64,000 nucleotides of DNA from Ministeria vibrans ATCC 50519. Its lineage: Eukaryota; Protista; Filasterea. Positions 40,188 to 51,014 of the stretch are shown piece by piece. Each line of letters begins with the position of its first letter. The stretch's first letter is position 1. The position numbers and the translations under genes are program-made. A model generated the notes under the pieces. That model searched no databases. It was not told the origin of the DNA and was given only the letters and a program-made list of their open reading frames with translations. The stretch lies in assembly GCA_943704425.1 (NCBI GenBank), contig CALSCP010001493.1, forward strand, positions 1 to 64,000. The letters run 5' to 3'.

Positions 40188-43116
40188 TCCTCTGACGAGA
40201 CGAACATGGAAATGGGGCTGACAAAGTGAGAGGTGGGGTGGACGAGAGAAAATGAGGGAGCGGATGCTGCGAGGCGGGCGCACCTTGAAGTTGTTGGTAC
40301 AGTAGAGGGAAAGTTCTTGGAGGTTTTTGGCACTTTGCAACAGAGTGTCCATATGTTGAGGGACGACGCTCAAGATGGCAGCCATCTGCTGGTCGGGGGA
40401 TGTGCCCTGAGCCATCGTGAGAGTACAAAATAAACTTATTTTCTAAAATAGTAATCAATATAGTTTTAAGTTCAGATTTCAGAATCATTAGAGATGCGGT
40501 GGAGATGCAATCTCCTATGAGTGAGTCGCGTCAGTTGGTAAGTAACTGAGCGTTGAGTCAGTCACTGTTCAGTGTTCACTGTTCAGTGTCGCCCTGTTGT
40601 GTCTTAGTAGGTACTCTCGTATTTGGTATATTATTTTTGAAATGGTCTCATTCATTGAATCATCTTAATAATTATTTTACGCTTTTCTTTTCTCTTTCTT
40701 TTTTTGCGCTCAAATTTTCGAATTTTCCAAAAATCTCTTCTTGCTCCACTTACGGTTCTTCCAATGGCCTCACCACAACCGTACGCGTATGGTACACTCA
40801 CACCTCAGTCGAGCGGTCACAAGCCGCTTGGTGGCGTCGCCAAAATGGCTTTGTCTCCGCGACCGTTGACTTTGACGCCGCCCGCGTCCACTGGGGCCTC
40901 AGCGCGCTCGACGGCCACGCGCGCGTATCCCCTGCCCGCATCCAAGGTGCTTGAGGGTGAGTTTGACAGCGTCGCCGACGAAGAGCACGATGCCGAGGCG
41001 GTCGAGGCGTCCATGCGCATCCAGCAGATCCTCGACGAGCAGCTGCTGGTGGACGACGATCTGCTCGACGACGGCGACGACGCGTCCCTGGTCGCATCGC
41101 CGTGTCACTCGCACGCCGACGACGCGCCGCAGACGCCAGTGGCCGCACCAGCGTCGCATCAGACGCCGTCTTTGTCGCAACTGTTGTTTGACAGCCAGAC
41201 CAACAACAATGCGAACAGCGACGCGACCGCTATCTTCGACAACAACAACGACAACAACAACACCATGGCCGTGACCGACGACTACGCCTTGCGTCTGTCA
41301 CAATCTCAGATGCGGCGCGAAGTGCACACGCTCCGTCTCAAGTGTGATGAGCACGAAACTACGGCGTCTGCCGCGTTGCGCGACCTTGTCGCCGAACGCG
41401 CTCGACTCATGGAAGTGTCTGCGCGTGCCGAACGCGCCGATCACGACCTTGAATTGATGCGTAGCGCTCACGATCACCTGCGCCTCGAAACGGTTCGCGG
41501 TGAGTGTCTTCAGACAGCCTGCCAGCGCATCGACCAGCAACGCGATCAACTTCTCCGTCGCGACGCCGAGGTCGCGGAACTCAAGTGCCAACTGGCGCGC
41601 GTGCAACGACCGTCCGACGTTGAATTTCGCGAGGTGAATCACCTTCTCGAGGAAAATTCGCGTCTCAATGCTATTTGTGATGCCCATCGTCGCGACGCAC
41701 AACGCACCGAGTCGCTGCAGGGACACCTTTCCGAACTCACTGCGCTCAAGGCGCACCACGTACACCGACTTGAATTGTTACAGGCACAGCTTGGGGAGGC
41801 TCGTCAGACGGAGGCACGGCTAAGCGAGACGATCGAGGCACGCGACGCACAGGTGGCGACTCTCGAGACGGATTTGCGTGGGGCCCGAGTCACCAACAAG
41901 AGTCTTTCCGAACAACTGGCGCACCTCCAGCGCAACAGCAGTGTCCAGACGGCAACGGACAAGCTTGATGCAAGTCTAGAAGCACTGCGCACGCGCTACG
42001 AGCGCGATCTTGCGCGTGTGAACGCTCAACGGGACGACGCGCTCCGTCGCGTCGACCAACTCGAACGTCAAATTGCCGGTGTGGTGGATGATCTCGACAT
42101 GGTTCACGAGGAGGAGGAAGAGGAGGAACTATCGCGCGAGGTCGAGACCAGAGAAGAGTCAGTGCAGACGTCAGCAATAGTGACGTACGAGGTCGAGCTG
42201 CGCGCCGCTCAGGAACACGTTGAGGCGCTTGAGCGTCAGATTGCGGTACTCGAAGCGAGTGTGGAGAGTCTTCAAGCCAATGCACACTCGGCGGTGGCCG
42301 GTGCGCGCGCCGAGTGGGCCAGACTGCACGACGACTCAATGGATCGTTTGCGTAACGAGCATTCGCGCGAGCTTGCGGACTGTCAGGTGCGCCACAAGTC
42401 TGCGTTGGAGGCGGTACAGGCTCAAGTGAGCGCACGACTCGATGCCAACAGTACGCTTGCCGAGACAGTGATGCAGCTAGAGCAACGTTTGGAAGAGGCA
42501 CATGCGACACACCAGAGACGCGTGGAGGAGCTGCAGTGCCGTCTGGACGAAGCACAGGCGACACACCAGACACGCGTGGAAGAGCTGCAGTGTCGTCTGG
42601 ACGAAGCACAGGCGACACACCAGACACGCGTGGAAGAGCTGCAGTGTCGCTTGGACGAGGCACAAGCGACACACCAGACACGCGTTNNNNNNNNNGACAT
42701 TCAGAGGCGACCACGTCCGGCGATGTAGTGCGCCATCCCGTTGACAAAACGAAAAAAGAATAGGGGGTGTGACATCGCGCCACCCTCACACAGCACACAT
42801 ATGTGTCCACAAAAGCAGTCGCAACGTCGAGGGCGGAAAGCGTGTGCAATTGTTACCGGGAGAGAGTGCGCGCTTCGGTCAAAGCCGGATTCTCAGTGGA
42901 GACGGAAGCGGCCGACTGTGCGCTAGCGGGCAAGGTCGCAGTGGAAGGCAGTGTCGTCACGTGTGTCGAAGCGGCGGCCGCAGCCGAAGCGGGCGCGCCA
43001 GTGTCAGCAGCAGAGGATGCGGTCGTGGTCGTCGTCGACGCGCTCGCGACCGGCGTTGAATCAACGCTCTTGGTCGCACGCGCTGCCTCGTCGTTGTTGG
43101 TCGTGGACGCCATCAT
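37736..43116 (-). CDS. NASP: Histone chaperone NASP/Sim3 (SHNi-TPR); exon 1 at 42857-43116, remaining exons 37736-39866
   Basis: Exon 1 ...ENPALTEARTLSR joins in phase 2 to EGKRQMACGAFESAIECF...YGEMADECGDGYLLYGRALL. Also DLQIAWEILECAR, ENFAQAVEDL, DDRQLAEAHFSLARA and NDLTSLVRKK. Confidence 0.88.
38669..38807 (-). repeat. Four tandem copies (37-41 bp) of the intronic CTCTATCACTTTGTTTCTTTCTCCCTCCTC element
   Basis: caaagtgatag on the + strand at 38672, 38711, 38748 and 38789. Confidence 0.85.
40284..40415 (-). CDS. ABI1: Abl-interactor (Abi, WAVE complex) first exon only
   Basis: QMAAILSVVPQHMDTLLQSAKNLQELSLYCTNNFK resembles the Abi N-terminus (IP..[21 protein letters not shown]). It ends at a gtgcgc donor; no further exons found. 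Confidence 0.6.
40764..42686 (+). CDS. CEP152: CEP152/Asterless-like centriolar coiled-coil protein, truncated at N gap
   Basis: Acidic N-terminal EEHDAEAVEASMRIQQILDEQLLVDDDLLDD (cf. the PLK4-binding region) and coiled coil SLSEQLAHLQRNSSVQTATDKLDASLEALRTRYE. Confidence 0.6.
42485..42686 (+). repeat. Coding 54-bp tandem repeat (VEELQCRLDEAQATHQTR), more than 3 copies, runs into gap
   Basis: Direct reading of the sequence. Confidence 0.9.
42687..42695. other. Assembly gap (N)
   Basis: 9 Ns. Confidence 1.
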
Positions 43117-43517
43117 ACGTATGGGTGACAAACACGCAACAAAGTCAAGAAGAAAGGTTAAATTGAATTTTCAATTCTGAAAACTAAATAAGTTGAGAGG
43201 TGTTGCGAACAAGAGCTTGAATATCACCGTCTGGTAGGGACACTCGCTGACACCACTATTACTTACGCAGGTAAAAGGTCTTACGACTGTGGCCACCGCA
43301 CGGCACACACACACACACACACACATTCTCTCTCTCTTTCGTCTCTTGTTTTCCTCATTTCCAGACAGAATGAAATAATAAAATTTAATATATTTCTGTG
43401 TTGTGCTTTTTCTCTATTTATTTTTCTATTTATGTGTTTTTGAAAGTGTCTCAAAGGTCAAACCCCATCTCACTGTCTATCTCTGAAACAACATCCATTC
43501 ATGAAAACTACAATCAA

Positions 43518-44051
43518 TCACTCCACTTTCTTGTCCATGTCCGTCTTTTGCTGCGCTCCATTCCTCGCCTCAAGAATGTTTCTCAACTGAATCCATTCGA
43601 TTCTTTTCAGCACTGCTTCGCATTCAGTCACAATAACGCGAGAGATCGTCTGATAGCCCTACAAAACCAAAAGGAAAAAGTAAATAAAAAAGATCAACTT
43701 TCTATTCTTTTGCAGTGTCTTGTTCGAACTGTTGAATTGAAATGTCTCCGGTCAAACATGGTGTTGTCGCGCGAATTCACTCGATGAAAACTCACTGGTC
43801 CGCTCAATCGCTTTGACTCCTCCGAATCACTCGCACTTGATAATAATATGTAAGTAAAAATAAATAAAATTATTTTTCCTTTTTTTTGCGCATTTTACCG
43901 AAAGGTTCGGGCAAATGATCGCAATTTCCTGTTCTGTTCCTTGCCCAATTCTTCCCAGCGAGTTCCTTCATCGCGCTCACACATGAGAATGTCGCACAAA
44001 CACACTGATTTCCCTCGGGACAGCAGCTCTTTCTACGAGCAAGCAATCAGT

Positions 44052-44116
<65 letters not shown>

Positions 44117-44690
44117 GGGATGGGTTCGCTCTCTACCGCAATTGCCGCGATGTTGTCGACGGTGCGCTGCGACAGCACGTCAATGGGCTCGTCGGCCATC
44201 ATGAGGGTGTCACGGAAGTCTTCGCCGCCCAGGAGCAGCACCACAAGGTCTGCGTCACCGACGGTTGTGCGACGATCGTGCGACATGGGAAATGTCTCAT
44301 CAAAGTACGTTGCTGTTCCCAACGACGGAAGCCAGTCGCTGCTGATCGCGCCGGTCACCCCCCACGTGACCACGTGCCAGTTTAGCCGGAACAGCGGCGC
44401 CTTCTTGCCAATCTCCGTCTCGAGTGGCTTCACAAGACCTTAACGAGAAAGTCAAAAGTCGGCAATGGCTCACACGCGTTCGCCGTACCCGCTACGTGTC
44501 CAAACACAACCCAGTCGCCACACCCTTCAGCTAGACCATCCCCAATCACCGCGATCTTCCGCTCTATCCCGCCCGTTGGCGCTACTTTCCGCTGTACAAT
44601 CCAATTGTTCAAACGAAGCCACCACAAGTGCAACTGAAAATATGTCAGTAAGATGAGCTTGAAGAAGGACGCCAGGAGTTCGTGAAACAT
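43518..44690 (-). CDS. SGNH/GDSL-fold protein with N-terminal hydrophobic segment
   Basis: KIAVIGDGLAEGCGD, GVTGAISSDW, DLVVLLLGGED, FDRRHFNST|GYQTIS across five exons. Confidence 0.75.
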
Positions 44691-44841
44691 CTCGAACGGC
44701 AAAAAAGAAGTTGAAACTTTAGACTTGACTCTTGAGTCAACGCTAAAGAGACGAAAATGAGTCGAAGAAGATTTGGAGTTCTATTCATCTCTTTCTCACT
44801 ATTCAGTGTTCAGTGCTCAAACTGCTCATATTTTTCATCAC

Positions 44842-46488
44842 ATGTCTGACCGTCCCTACGATATCTGCGTGTTTGGCGCCAGTGGCTTCACGGGGTACGT
44901 CGAAATAGCCACATTTGCGGCAACTCATCCCGCATGCCAACATACCGTCCTCACACCCTACAACCGTAGCCAATTCGTGCTGGACGAGCTGTTGAATAAC
45001 GCCCCATCGTCTCTTCGCTGGTGTGCAAGCGGCCGCAGTCAACAGCGTGTCCAAGGTAAAGGCACCTCTCTTTTCCCGTGATTTGCGAGTGATTTGCCCA
45101 ACTCGTGTCTTGCAGACGCTCTGGACGGCGCTGCTCAGCGCACCGGACGCCCTGTTGCCTCTGTGGACATTGTTGTTGCGGATGTGGCCGACAACGACTC
45201 CATGGTGGCCATGTGTCGTCAGTGTCAACTTGTCATCAACTGTGTTGGTAAGTCGCGATGTAAACAACACAATGACATTATAATGTGTGCTCTGTTCGAT
45301 GTTACAGGTCCTTATCGATTCCTTGGCGAACAGGTTGTCACCGCATGCATTGCTGGAGGGTCCGACTACGTCGACATCTCGGGCGAGCCACAGTTTCTCG
45401 AGTCGATGGAGCACAAGCACCACGACGCAGCCGTCGCCGCGAAGGTGTGCATTGTGGGCAGCGTCGGGTTCGACTCGATTCCCGCCGACATTGGCGCTCT
45501 TTGGTCTATTCGTCAGTTTGATGGCCAAGGTATAGAATAAGAGGTGCTATTCAAGCTGATATCCTGACCGCCATTCTTTCTTCCTTTATACAGTGAGTTC
45601 CATTGAGTCGTACCTGTCAGTCAAGAGCGACCCGAAAATCGGGTTTGTCGGACACTACACGACATACCAGTGCGCCGTGGAAGGTTTTGGTGACGCCAAG
45701 TCGCTCACTCGTCTGCGCAAGTCGCGCAAACAGGCGTCTCTGCCAGTGTTTGGTGCGCGCCAGAAGCGATACGGAATGCCGCGCTGGTTCAAGCCCATGG
45801 GCGCATATGCCCTGCCCTTCCCGGGCAGCGATGCCAGTGTCGTACGCATATATACAAAAATACATACATCTACGCTCGCACGCACACTCAAACTCGCTTG
45901 TCTTCAGGTGAAGCGCACTCAGCGTGTGCTCTACGACGCCAACCATGAGCCACCCGTGCAGTTCTCCGCATACTTTACCATTGCCTCGACCTTTGGCGTT
46001 GCTCTCTTTGTCCTCTTTGGTTCCATCTTCTCCTTCCTTGCCTCCTCCAAACTCGGCCGTTCCATTCTTCTCAGAGTGCGTCTCCCACACTCAAACAGAC
46101 TGGTTGATTTTTTAATGATATGCTTTACGTTGTTTAGTTTCCCGGTCTGTTCACTGCGGGTCTCTTCTCTCACGCGGGTCCCACCCGCGAGCAAATGGAC
46201 AAGACCTCCTTCTCCATCCGCTTCTTCTCGAGCGGGGCTCGTGACCCGTCTGTGCCCACTCAGGTGAGCCGTCTCGTCACCGAAGTGTCGGGTCCCGAGC
46301 CGGGCTATGTCGCCACGCCTATCTTTGCCGTGGTCAGTGCGCTGCAGCTGCTGCGCGACCGCAGTGCCGGCACCCTCCACCACGGCGTCCTCACGCCCGG
46401 CGGTGCCTTCCGCCACGCCCTTCCTCAGCTTGTGTCTGCCTTTGAGGCGCGTGGTGTCTCCTTCAAGGTTGTTCAAGAACAGCAATAA
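44842..46488 (+). CDS. SCCPDH: Saccharopine dehydrogenase-like oxidoreductase
   Basis: YDICVFGASGFTG, NCV|GPYRFLGE, YVDISGEPQF, GFDSIPADIG, SGPEPGYVAT, GVLTPGGAF. Confidence 0.92.
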
Positions 46489-46629
46489 GCCCAGTTGACT
46501 CTTCCCCAATAAATGAATCACCTTGACTATCTATATTAAACTATCTCTGGAATATTCTCTAATTTCACACAATTTTAATATTATTTCTATTCATTTACAT
46601 TACAGATCGGGTGTGATTTTGAGATAAGG

Positions 46630-47039
46630 ATGTCTATCAAGTCGAACGACTTGCTTGACGAACTTCGGGCCGAAGAGAATTTTCTTGAGTCACTGCGAGA
46701 GATGCTCGCAGACGAAGTACGCCGGATTGCGCACTCCTCTGCGCCTGACAGTGTCTCTGTGTGTCTCTCTGATCTTCTTGTTAGCTTGGACGCCTTGGAG
46801 TAGAAGAGAAGGCGCTGCTGGAGGCGGTGCGCAACAGCGAGGATCCACAGGGCGAGACGCTTACCAACGGAAGCCATACGTCGCTCATGAATGCGTTTGC
46901 ACTCGTCGACGACACTGCCAGTGTTGGGAGCATCGAAAGCCTTAGCAAGATGATCGATGATGATGCGATCAGTGCGTTTGTCGGCAACCTCGACGACGAC
47001 GACGACGAGGAGGAGGACGACGACGACAACCCGCCGTAG
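46630..47039 (+). CDS. SNAPC5: SNAPc small subunit SNAPC5 (SNAP19)-like
   Basis: Two exons: LLDELRAEENFLESLREMLADE|LGRLGVEEKALLEAV plus an acidic tail. Parallels human RLQELRKEEETLLRLKAALHDQLNRLKVEELALQSMI and its acidic C-terminus. Confidence 0.7.
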
Positions 47040-47176
47040 CCCCATCAAGTGCGTTTGTCGACAACCTCGACGACGACGAGGACGACGACGACGACGACAA
47101 CCCGCCGTAGCCCCATCAAATCAAGTGCGTTCGTCGGCATCGTCAACGACGACAACGACGACAACCTAGCTCCATC
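46970..47176 (+). repeat. Three degenerate tandem copies (~70-77 bp) of the SNAPC5 C-terminal segment
   Basis: agtgcgttygtcgrca...(gac)n aac...tagcyccatca occurs three times. Confidence 0.85.
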
Positions 47177-47534
47177 ACATGTCGCCCCAAGACCACCGGC
47201 ACGTGTCCATCGGCGCACGATCACCTTGCTTGTCCGTGTTTGTTCCTGTTTTGATACACGGCCGAATGGCGACGTTCGTGCGGTGTCGAGGCCGCACGTT
47301 GCGTTGTATGTACTTACTACTCACGCACATACAATTTGTCTGTCACCCTCATTAATCTCAGTGAGCCACAATACCCATATAGAGTTCTAGACGATTACAT
47401 ATGTCACACTGATGTCCAACGCGCTGGATGGTTGATCAGTAGTGTCGTGCTTTCGATTCGACTCGTACCTCATTCAGAGACTTCAAAGATCAAAAGTCAA
47501 AGATCAAAAGTCAAATTTATAATCTGTTCTAACG

Positions 47535-50500
47535 ATGCGCCTCGCCATTCTCACGCTCATATTACTGTGCGCATCAACCTCCACCGCTCGCGAATACTTT
47601 TGCGGCGTCGATGGGTGCATTTGCGACGGCACGCTGGCCCTCTGTGCGAAACTGAGACTCGAGCGCGTGCCTCAAGACTTGCCGAAGAACATCACCTTCC
47701 TGGACCTCTCAGACAATGCCTTGACGGACTTGCCGGCCCAGGTGTTTGCCAACTACCCGTCTCTTGTGATCCTGTACCTGCAGCAGAACGCTCTGACCGC
47801 CGTGGCGCAGGGCACATTCGCAAATGTGGAGCATCTCGTTGAGATTGACATGTCCTCCAACCGAATCGCAAGTGTTGCCAACGGCGCGTTCACTCCCGTC
47901 TCCGCCTCCCTCGAAGTGCTCAACCTCACGTCGAACGCCCTCGTCTCCATCAACGACACCCTCGCACCCCTGCTCGCCCTCAAGGTGCTCGCGCTGGCCG
48001 ACCTGCCTCAGCTGACGCACTGGCCCAACGCCCTTCCCCCCAACCTCCACACTCTCCAGATGTTCAACGACGTCGCCCTGAGCGCATGGCCACCCTTAGG
48101 ACGGCTTCCTGCCTCCCTGCGCTACCTCGATGTCACAGCATGCCCACTTGGAAATTTACCCGACTACCTATGCGACACGTTGTCTGCGCTTCAGACCCTC
48201 AACATCACGTCCACCTCCATCACGCAACTCGCGCCAATGACCTTCGCCGCCTGCACCAATCTCACCACCCTCAATGCAGGCGTCAACAAGATCCCCATTG
48301 TGCCTCCACTCTTCGCCCCTAACGCCCCCCTTGTCGACCTCTTCCTCGCCGACACCACCACCACCTCCATTGACGCCTCCACCTTCACACCCCTCACCAA
48401 ACTTCGGCGCCTCTATCTCGGCGGCAATTACCTCTCGGCACTTGATCCCTCTCTCTTTGCCACCCTCACAGAACTCGTCGAGCTTGACCTCAGCGGCAAC
48501 GACATTGCTGAGTTCCACCCAGACATTTTTGCGTCCCAGAGCGACTCCCTCAAGGCACTCGATCTCGCCTACAACGACCTCCTCAAGCTCCCTGCTTCAC
48601 TCAAGACGCTTCGTTCTCTCTTCAACCTCAACATCACAGGATCTAACCTCAATGCACTCGATGCAGACACCTTCACACAAATGACCAATTTGACGATCCT
48701 TGGCATGAATGTCAACTTCCTTACCGAGCTCGCACCCACCATCTTTGCCACAAACACTCGTCTTCAGCAGCTCTTTATGAGTGCATCCACCCTCTTGTCA
48801 CTGCCACCCACCCTCTTTGAGCACAACCACAACATCACTGTCCTCGACCTGTCCGATCTCTATTTCATGCAGTCCTTTCCCGACTCTCTCTTTCTGCCCC
48901 TTGCCTCCTCCCTCCGCGGCATCCAACTCTCCAGCACCAACCTCTACCAAATCCCTTCGTCCCTCAGCGCTTGTTGCAATCTTTTTCTTATCGGTGCCTC
49001 CAACACGTCCATCTCGTCGATCTCTCCGCACTTCTTTGATTGCATGACCGTCCTCGACAACCTTGACCTCAGCCAAAATCCCAACATTGCGCTCCCCACA
49101 CAGCTCCTTGTGCCCCTTGTCTCGCTCACCACCCTCTCTCTTGGCAACTGCCTCCTTACCTCCCTGCCCCTTCTCCCGCCCTCCATCCTCTTTCTCTCCC
49201 TCCAGGGCAATGCCTTCAACGCCCCTTTCCCTTCCACCTTGTTCCCCCTCACCCAACTCGCCTCCCTCGATCTCTCCATCTCCGCTATCACCTCTGTCTC
49301 CGCCTCCGACATGACCCACTTTCCCAAACTATTTTCCCTTATTCTCTCAGACAATCCTTTAGGGTCCATCGGAAATGACACATTTGCCAGTAAAGACAAA
49401 CAAAAAACAAAACAAAAAATTGGAATTCACCCCCTCCCCCCCTTTTTTTCCCCCGCATTTTCATATTTTATCCTTAGGCACTCCTCTTATTTCGTTGTCG
49501 CTTGCACGCTGCTCGCTCACCTTCGTCGGTACCAACGCCTTCCCGCCAACCCTGTACAATCTCGACCTATCCATGAACCTTCTTACTACGCTTCCTCCCG
49601 ACATCTTCACCCACTGCGCTCACCTGAGTGACCTGAACCTCGGCCAGAATCACCTGAGCGTCCTCTCACCCACCACTTTCTCCAGCCTCGACAAGCTCGT
49701 CTTTCTCTCTCTCCAGCTCAACCGTCTTCCCGTCCTCCCATCCTCCCTCTTTGCTTCTCTCGTCAGCCTCATCGAGCTCGACCTCAACGGCGCCGGTCCC
49801 CTCGTCACGGTGCCCGCCACTCTCTTTGCCAACAACTCCAATTTGCAGACACTCTCGCTCAGCAACATGACTATCGAAGTATGGCAAAAAAGAAAAAGAG
49901 TGTGAAAAGATATCAAATATGTCACTGGGTACTGAGACACTCCCTCTTCTCTAACATAGCACTTGCCCTGCGGCCTCTTGAAGAACCAGAACCAGCTGAC
50001 TCTCTTTCGCATTGAAGTGAACAATCTCCAGAACATCAGTGAGTGTTGGACGAGCGATCTGAAGTACATTGACACGCTTTCGCTGGCGGGAAACTCATTG
50101 CGTACCATTGGGAGCGTTCTCATGGGCCTTACCAATCTGAAGCTGCTCAATGTGGGCTCAAACAGACTCACTGTGTTTCCCACTGGTCTCCCACCCAATC
50201 TGATTTATGTATCGTTCAACAACAATGATCTGTCGAGCATCAACTTTAACACGCTGAGTCCTCTCACACAACTTGCGACTCTCGATCTGTCCAACAATCT
50301 GTTCCTCACGGAAGTCATTCAACCTGTAGTGCTCTACTTTAACTACATTGACGAGATCAACTTGGCCAACAACCATCTCACGGGCTTTCTCCAACTGCCC
50401 TCGCACACTTCACTCAATCTCGCCAACAACTTTCTTTCGTACACCACACCCGTCAGTGCGGTGATCAGTCCCCTTGAACTTGGCCAAATCATCCTTGTCA

Positions 50501-50962
50501 ACAACTCCTTTCCCTCCTTTACCTGTCCCCCCGGCAGCTACGGCGACCCTCCGTCCTGCTTCGGCTACTGCGACACCTTCTGCGAGTCCATCGTCACCCT
50601 CGACAATGGTGGCACCGAGGTCGTCAGCTCTTGTTCAGGTCCATCCCCGCGCGACTGCTGTCCCTTTGGCTACTCTGGCTCCTCTTGCCAATACCTCTAC
50701 GTGTAAGTGACGAAGGACACCCACATAGTGCACCAAAATTGAAACGCAACCTTGTTGTCTTTAGTTGCTCTGCGTCGGACTGTTGCTCGCCCGGAACCTG
50801 TCAGATTGAAAACACTTTCTCGCCGCTTGTGGTCTCGTGTGTGTGTCCTGCAGGGATGCACAGCTACCGTCCTACCAACACCGACGTGTTGGCACGCACG
50901 AACATTCCCGGTTGCTTTGCAACGGTATGCACTTGAAATTTTCAACGTACACCTCTTACTCC

Positions 50963-51014
<52 letters not shown>

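Noticed and set aside
42485-42686. CRISPR-like array
   Set aside because: Spacer-less, in-frame coding repeats in a eukaryotic gene; the same applies to 58977-59172.
42704-42745. 5S rRNA-like start (ggcgaccac...catcccg)
   Set aside because: The similarity does not continue, and most of the segment is a copy of a B4GALNT exon.
43258-43300. U1 snRNA-like TACTTAC
   Set aside because: Lacks CTGG, the stem-loops and an Sm site.
47240-47470. Hairpins downstream of SNAPC5 (gtgcgg/ccgcac; ttgtatgt/acatacaa)
   Set aside because: Only two short stems, with no promoter, terminator or family motif; within chance expectation.
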